Origin: Perkinsus chesapeaki ATCC PRA-425
Lineage: Eukaryota; Protista; Perkinsozoa
NCBI GenBank assembly: GCA_013115145.1
Contig: JAAPAO010000175.1
Coordinates: 1-57,527, forward strand
Length of the DNA stretch: 57,527 nucleotides
Direction of reading: 5' to 3'
The translations under genes were made by a program, and so were the position numbers. Below the pieces are notes generated by a model, which saw nothing but the letters and a program-made list of their open reading frames with translations, was not told the DNA's origin and did not search any database. Shown here piece after piece: positions 50,706 to 57,527 of the stretch (position 1 is its first letter; every line of letters begins with the position of its first letter).

Positions 50706-52378
50706 ATGATATCAACCTTGATGTATTTAGCTCGTCTTACTGCAGTCGTTGCTCTCGCTGAGAATGAACTTGAGAGAGCCTATAAGGATCTTCGTGCTTT
50801 TATCGGTACGTACCCGTCAGACTGCCGGCGGCAATGCTGTATAAATCACTCATTCTCTCAGATACGATATACAGTAAGGAAGAGGAAGCCCAACATTACG
50901 ACCGTTTCAAGGCCGATGTGAAACGCGCTGATTCCTGTCGTATGTTGAGCTAGAAGAGATATTCAATAGCAGCAAGCCAGCTCTCTTGCAAGCTGTTGTG
51001 GAGGAGATCAACTCGAAGCAAAATAGTTGGGTGGCTTCAAAAGGCCAAGCACGTTTCCGTGGTAAGTCATCTCATGCTGGGACCAACTGCCCCTAGGCCA
51101 ATATCATGTACGACAAGATAAGTGACATATCTCAGGTGCGTCACAGGGAGACCTAATGACACTTTATGGAATGTATAATGCCCCTCGGAGGGGATTCAAC
51201 CAGTCAAACGTCAACTACTCGTTATCCATCGACCTCTCCTTACCCTCTACCTTCGATGCGCGAGTTCTATTCGAAGAATGTGCCGATACGATCGGGCAAG
51301 TTAGGTAGTTGGCTCACCTACCTCGATGTCTACCTTGAGATTTTTCCCAGAGATCAGGGAAGCTGTGCAAGCTGCGTAGCGTTCGCGGTGGTGGGAGTTT
51401 TCAATGATCGTTTATGTATCAGAACCGGTGGGAAATTCCAGAAGCTTCTCTCACCAGCTTATGCTGTAGCATGTTGCTCACCTAAAGAGGGCTGTACGAG
51501 GTGAGAAGAAACCGAGGCACATCAACGACTTCGAGGTTTCTTTGCTCAGGATATTCGGCTGCAAGGGTGCCGTTTCTACTGACATATGGAGCTTCGCACA
51601 GAAGTTTGGAATCCCTACAGGTAAGAGAGAAGGCTTCTCTCAACATGATGCTACGAAGCAGTGCCGTACTACCCGCTACGGGAAACTTTTTAGAATTCAG
51701 GTGGAGACTATATGGCAAAGAGCACAAAAGCGAGTGGTTGTTGGCCGTACAATTTTCCCAAGTGCAATCATAAGTTCGTAGAGGGAGGGAAATATCCTCC
51801 ATGTAATACTGTAAGTGCTCTAAATGGCCAAGAGTCTGACTTTTCAAACCGGCGCAATTTTGTAGACCGTAGCTAAGACGCCGCAGTGTTTACAGACTTG
51901 TCCCAATAAAGGATATAAGACCAAGCTATCAGAGTGAGAACCATGAGATAAGATAACCATAACTCGTTAGCCTGTCACTGACTGTCAGCGACCTGCATTT
52001 CGTCGATGACCCTGGAGAATTATCAGTTCCTCCTTCGGTGGATAGCATAAAGAATGAGATCTACAGAAATGGACCCGTAAAAAGGAGAGGCTGATGTAAA
52101 CTATGGGTTCGCTATTGCCTAAGTGACAGGTCACAGCTGGATTCCAGATTTATCAGGACTTTGGATACTACAAGTCTGGAATCTATAAACACGTAACTGG
52201 GAAGCGACATTCTTATCACCTGGTTAAGCTTATTGGTTGGGGGAAGACTCGCACTGATGGATATTGGTTGGCAATGAATAGTTGGAATGAAGAATGGGGC
52301 GAAAAAGGACTCTTCAGAATTGCTTTTGGACAATGTGGAATAGAGAAAGATGTAACATGCGGGCATCCCAAAGTATAG
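50706..52378 (+). CDS. Cathepsin B-like papain-family protease, apparently intact, multi-exon
   Basis: Signal peptide; propeptide VEEINSKQNSWVAS; LPSTFDAR; DQGSCASCVAF; NDRLCI; EIYRNGPV; YKSGIYKH; YHLVKLIGWG; WLAMNSWNEEWG; exons join in frame by manual tracing. Confidence 0.85.
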
Positions 52379-55300
52379 TCACTCGCGGCATGTATAAGAG
52401 TCCGCCTCATAGTTGTCGATCTATTCTATTTCCCTACCGAGGATTCTACATAAGCTTGGGGCAGTTAGTTATGAAGCTCATTGTTCAACACGACAGCAGA
52501 CTTATTCAATACGAGCTTTTTGCTAATTCAAAAAGTGTCGTGCTACTTCTGTCAATAGTCAATCGAGTTGGTCAACGATCCAATCGCGAAGATTGAGAAT
52601 GAATAATAGAGTGTAGATGTACGATCTGCAATCCCACCCTATAAAAAATTCGTCGTTATAATTCAAGGAAAACTCTGACAAGGTGTTATCTATGATATAC
52701 GGTGCGCCAAAGATCGGAGTACCCAAAGGGAAGACGGTCACTCACAAGGGTTAGACAGGGCTCTTAGAAGCATGTCCTCAAATTCCCTTTCCCTGTTCCT
52801 CAGATTGATGTTGCCTATGCGAAGTTCGCGTTGCATCCACTCCTGCCAAATGAACGGTCCTATCCGCACATGTGCTGTCGGTAGCCACGAAGCAGATTTC
52901 TGAGAGGTATATCTGTCCTGCTAGCGTAGGTAAGATCTAAAAGTATATGAAGAGAGCTCACGATGCCCTGAACGCTGCCACCCTGGTAGACTCTGACCAA
53001 AGAGACTTTCTTCCTACGCTGAACCGAAGGTGATGCCATCACCGCGATGGTAGTCCCGATTCCAGCGTCGGTATTAACGTACAGTGTCTTCTTCGTCTTC
53101 ACAAGTCGACCCTCAACAGAGACAACAGCAAGGCGAGTGCATGAGCAAATGATCCGGTTCCAGCGGATCGAGTCGAGTCAGACAGCTCTGCTTGTAGTAG
53201 TGATGACACAACAATCAGGTAGTTCAAGAAAGAACTCGTTATCCGGGATAACTTATCCCTGAAAGTAGTCTCAGCGTAAATAATATTCACAGGGACATAA
53301 ACAATAGTACAGGACAGTTAGCACAATGCCGCCTCCTTCACGCTAAACATATCAATATATATGCGGCACAAGATAGAAATCGATATATACATCCAGTCGA
53401 TAATCGCCCGTTGGGAATATGGCAGATAGAAAGGAAAAACTGTGAATTCTCACCGCAAACTTGAGATGCACAATCTAGCTTGCACACAATTCAATTCAGA
53501 ATTCACACAACCTGTGTGGCAGCACAAATATACAAAGGAGGAACCGAGTCCGGCCCGAACTGTACCTCCAAGCACTTCGTGCTTTCCAAATTCGGAGCGT
53601 GGATGCCAGAAAGATAATGGAATATTTAGCGTCGCCAAGTGGCTGCTCCACATGTTGCAGACGTTGATTGCTACCGCGCTACCAATCTGGGCACGGTCGT
53701 AGCGCGGGGTAGCTAGCCCGCGGCGCGGGATGCACGCGAGGTGATGGACCACGCGCTGAGGGAGTCTCCGCCAGAATCTAGGACATCGAATAGTTCATCT
53801 ACTCTAGATTTATTCGCAGAAGTTTCCTAAGGGAGCTTCCCTTCCTGGCCCGAAGGAGCCACACAGCGCCACGAAGCCAAGAATCCCGCCCCTAGAGGAA
53901 AAACACTGGCGGAACTGATATAAGAATTGTCGATTTGAGATTGGTTTTGACCGATAGAAGCCAACAGCTGGCGAGCTTTGCAGTTTGACCTTTGCGCTGA
54001 CTGTAACTTCAGCATACCCCCTCTCTGTCAGGCGCACACACAGGGGGGTGAGTCTGGCATTAATTGATTCCAAAAATAGTCTTTCATATACTCGTGTGTA
54101 GGAGCAAAACGCAACTTAAATGAGCCTCTAACTCGACCTGGTGACTGAGATATGTTCAGGGGCGAATTACTTCACCTGGCGAGATACCAAGGACGAGAGT
54201 CCTATGATCTACCATAAGCCATATCGGTTGGAACCTGATCTACAACAAGCTCTTGAAGATAAAATATCTGGTTTTGTAGAGGCTGGTGTCCTGGAGCAGG
54301 TCAACTACAATCCCAACTCTATGCACGTCTCCAACTGCTTTGTCGTTCCTAAGCAACACGGCAAGTTCCGTATGGTGACTGATCTGAAAAGAGTGAACGC
54401 TCGCCTTCAAGATCTCGAGGCGAGATTCTCGACGACGGTTACAACTCCGACTACGTTGCCGATGTTAGTACTTGTCTGCAACAACTTCCTTCAGTTGACG
54501 ATGACGAAGATGTCTTCTACGCACTGTTGGACGGTACAGACGCATACCACAATATACCGTTGGCAGCTACCTCTCGTAAGTACTTTACGTTCCAATACAT
54601 CGACCAGTCTGGCGCCCTTGGATATCACCAATATCGCTTTCTACCGCAAGGGTTCTCTCATGCCTCTCAACACTGGCTCTACAACCTTGCCTTGTTGCTG
54701 CGCACGGGAACCGGCTTGACCTACCCTAGTCAGATTGGTATTGTTTGGTATATGGACGATGTCCTCAGGACATTGTCCTGATAAGGAGCTCGAGTCCTGC
54801 CCGTTGCCAAAGACTACTTGACTACATCCGCATACTCCTGAACCTTGTCAGCATCGACACTAACGACAAGCTCGTACTTCCTACTACATTTTTGTCGGCG
54901 TTTGGTATCATGCTCGATGCAAATGGCGTGTGAATGACAAGAGCCTATCAAAGCTGAGGGAAGCCATTTCCTGTAGGCCCGACAATGTCGCGGATCTCCG
55001 ACAAAAGTTGGGCGTTATCAACTACTGTCGCAGTGGGTATCAGTCAAACGCTGCAGAGGATTCCATCAGCGCCTTGGCCACGCCCTTCCATGCGCTCATC
55101 ACTCCAGGATCGACGAGGAGGACAAAGATTCGGTGGACCGATGAACTTGACGCTGCCTGGGATCGCCTCGTCACAGCTCAATCCGACGGATGGTTATCTC
55201 CACCGTTTTGACGAGTTGTTACCTCCTACTCTCTGTTGCTGTATTATCACAGATGCGTCCGCCGTAGCAGCCTGTGGTGCACTATGGCGAGTTCCCCGTC

Positions 55301-55426
55301 GACTCATCTCCTACCTATCTGCGGGTAAACTGGACACCAAGTCGCTGATGGAGTCTGGTCACTGCGTCGGCATTACTTCCCAATGGGAAGTTCCCATAAG
55401 TTACACAAGTCCAATCACGTTGGCAA

Positions 55427-55530
55427 GCTATGGACAGGGAGGCCTACGCCGTAGGCCTCCCTGTCCATAGCAGGTAGATACCAGGTATCTGATACCGTAG
55501 GCCCTACGGTATCAGATACCTGGTATCTAC
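55427..55530. repeat. Two adjacent perfect palindromes (arms 22 bp and 28 bp, each with a single central C)
   Basis: 55427-55471 GCTATGGACAGGGAGGCCTACG-C-CGTAGGCCTCCCTGTCCATAGC; 55474-55530 GTAGATACCAGGTATCTGATACCGTAGG-C-CCTACGGTATCAGATACCTGGTATCTAC, checked base by base. Confidence 0.97.
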
Positions 55531-56877
55531 ATGGCTTCAGATCACTGGGGCCCTCTCCTACGTAACAGCCACTATCCAGCACTATGTCTTCCTCTAAGTC
55601 TACATATATAACCTTGCCGCGTTTCGGCTATTCTAGTGGTGTGCGACTGTTTACTGGGTTCACCCAGTACTATCCGGTACCTGACAAGTCAGCCCAGTCT
55701 TGCGCTTATGCACTCTTCACCCAATGGTGTACCTTTGCTGTTCTACCGGCTTCAATAACCTCGGATAACTCTCCATTCGGACCCATTTGTGACATAACCC
55801 ATTTGTGGGCTCGTCTATGCTCTTACGCTGATGTTCCTCCCCATCTGGTTGACCCTTATCACCCCCAAAGCAATGGAATGTGTGAGCGTCGAGTACAAGC
55901 CTGCAAGGTGGCCATATCTCACAACTCCCTGGTTCGTTGGGACCTCGCTCTGCCATTGGTATCGGCAACTATTAACTCCGTACCAAATCCGGAGACTGTA
56001 CTCGCACCTTTTCAGCTGCTGTTCCCCCGCCGCCCTTATCGTCCGCTAGATTTGGTAATGCACACCCTGACCGCTACTCAGGACCACTACTCCGAGGATC
56101 AGGATGCAGATACGCAAGGTCTATTGGACGAGGCTGACGAGGCGTTTAAATGGTTTGGATCTTTGTCACGCGAGGTCATGACCAGTACGGCACGCCATTC
56201 TGATTCTATTGTGGAACGCCGCCTCAATGAGAGTCACCGAGCGAGTGCAGGTCCATCTGCTATCTCATATCTCTGTCCTGGAGATAGGGTACAATGGTCC
56301 AAACCGGATGGATGTATGGCTTTTGGATATGTCATCAGAGACGCTGGAGTCTCTGATTTGGAGGGAGAACCATCCCACTTCTCGGGGAGGTTCCAACGGG
56401 GACACTCTTACCTCGTACGTTTGGATGACACTTCCATTCAAAAGATACATGCTCAGCAGCTACGAGTGCGACAAGAAGACTCCAACGAGCAGCAACGACC
56501 CGTCCTCAGCTCTGCGTTGATTTAGACTATCTATCTAGGCTGAATATTCGTCCCGTTGACTTCTGTGTGGCAGTAATCGACGAGGATACTAAGAGCTTCA
56601 TTATCGGCAAGTTCATCGACAAAACGGATGAAGGCCAGCGAGTTCATGTTTATGATCGTGCTATTGGTGCTAAACGTTTTTACCCAATGCGGTTATCCGA
56701 AGATGGAAGAGTGACACTCGCTGCATCCCAACCTCGACGAGCCCGTCCTGTAGTCCTTTATATATCCCACTTGCTGGCTCCTCCTTTCCGTCTAACTCGG
56801 ACCTCTCTCCTTCCTCAACAAGTACAAGTCACTTTGAATAACTTGGGTTTGATGACTACAACTTATCCCAAAATGCC

Positions 56878-57161
56878 AGGGGGGGACTGTCACGGAAACC
56901 TCAAGGACAAGCTAGGCTCCAAGATGACAAGATTCCCAGTATCCTCTGGCCGTTTCCATATGAGAAAACCGGTCCATGGGTATCACTGAGTTAAGTCTAT
57001 TTAAGATGATGATTAATAGTAGATTGCATGTGATGATATAATACCATGTTTATACCGATATTGCTTGCTCTCAGCTTGCTTGTTGGTATTTCGACATATC
57101 TCAACACCTCCCCCCGACGGCGATTGCGTTGACAGAAATCCATCAAGCTCTGACTGTGACA
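56878..57161 (+). mobile_element. Polypurine tract and candidate 3' LTR (56888-57161)
   Basis: AGGGGGGGA-C directly before TGTCAC (56888); matching inverted end GTGACA at 57156-57161; no second LTR in the window to confirm. Confidence 0.55.
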
Positions 57162-57527
57162 TTCAGGAACGGAGTGTGAAAAAGCTTGCACACTGTGCAA
57201 TGCACAGAGATCTGGTTGTGCCGTCCGAGGGACAGCGCTACTTCTTTATCGCTCACCTGAAACCGTCATATCTGTAACGGTTCTAAGATAACTGTTCTAT
57301 AGTTCCTTTTGGAACCTATACTAGGGGGAACCCATAAATTGGGTGAACTTATACTGAGTTCTTTAGGGAACTTATGTTGAATTCTATCTGAACTGTTTGC
57401 GATATAGTTGGACTTCTATTTAGTCTATTCTAATCTATTAGCTGTGGTATCTATTCGTTAGTATCTGCATCTATAGTCTAATCTAGTTATAACCAAACTC
57501 TTGCGTTTAACTAGTATCTTGAGCTCG

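Larger units (their letters stand above)
54141..57161 (+). mobile_element. Degenerate 5'-truncated Ty3/Gypsy LTR retrotransposon (RT-RNaseH-IN)
   Basis: RT: HKPYR, FVVPK..KFRMVTD, LDGTDAYH, LPQG, YMDD (54749-54760); RNaseH ITDAS; integrase DHWGP, SDN, YHPQSNGMCERRV; several frameshifts; no gag or 5' LTR seen. Confidence 0.92.

Noticed and set aside
52600-54130. Short ORFs upstream of the RT as possible gag or protease
   Set aside because: No CCHC knuckle, no D(S/T)G motif and no 5' LTR recognised

Overview
Eukaryotic, gene-dense DNA with many short (about 35-70 nt) GT-AG introns, most likely from a Perkinsus-like alveolate protist (inferred from intron style and gene content; no search was run). 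Genes in order: ATG4; an F-box protein; a duplicated block of two LEA_2-like single-TM genes and a Cys-rich mucin-like secreted protein plus its decayed fragment; two tandem amino-acid transporters; a hypothetical gene and a CDKL kinase, each with a complete tRNA gene inside an enlarged intron (Ser-GCT and Gln-CTG); PIN1; a folate-receptor-family protein; a SCT1/GPT2-type glycerol-3-phosphate acyltransferase; eIF5B; ZNF593/BUD20; a divergent Ser/Thr kinase; a RING-H2 protein; hypotheticals; a CDF metal transporter; head-to-head PAK1IP1/MAK11 and UTP13; a cathepsin B cluster (one intact copy with an atypical active site, two decayed copies); and a 5'-truncated, frameshifted Ty3/Gypsy retrotransposon. 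The most striking features are the intron-nested tRNAs, several orphan tRNA 3'-end (T-arm/B-box) fragments including one that fills most of a 45-nt intron, and two back-to-back perfect palindromes (22-bp and 28-bp arms) at a deletion junction in the retrotransposon pol. Exon boundaries were traced by eye, and many gene ends are approximate.
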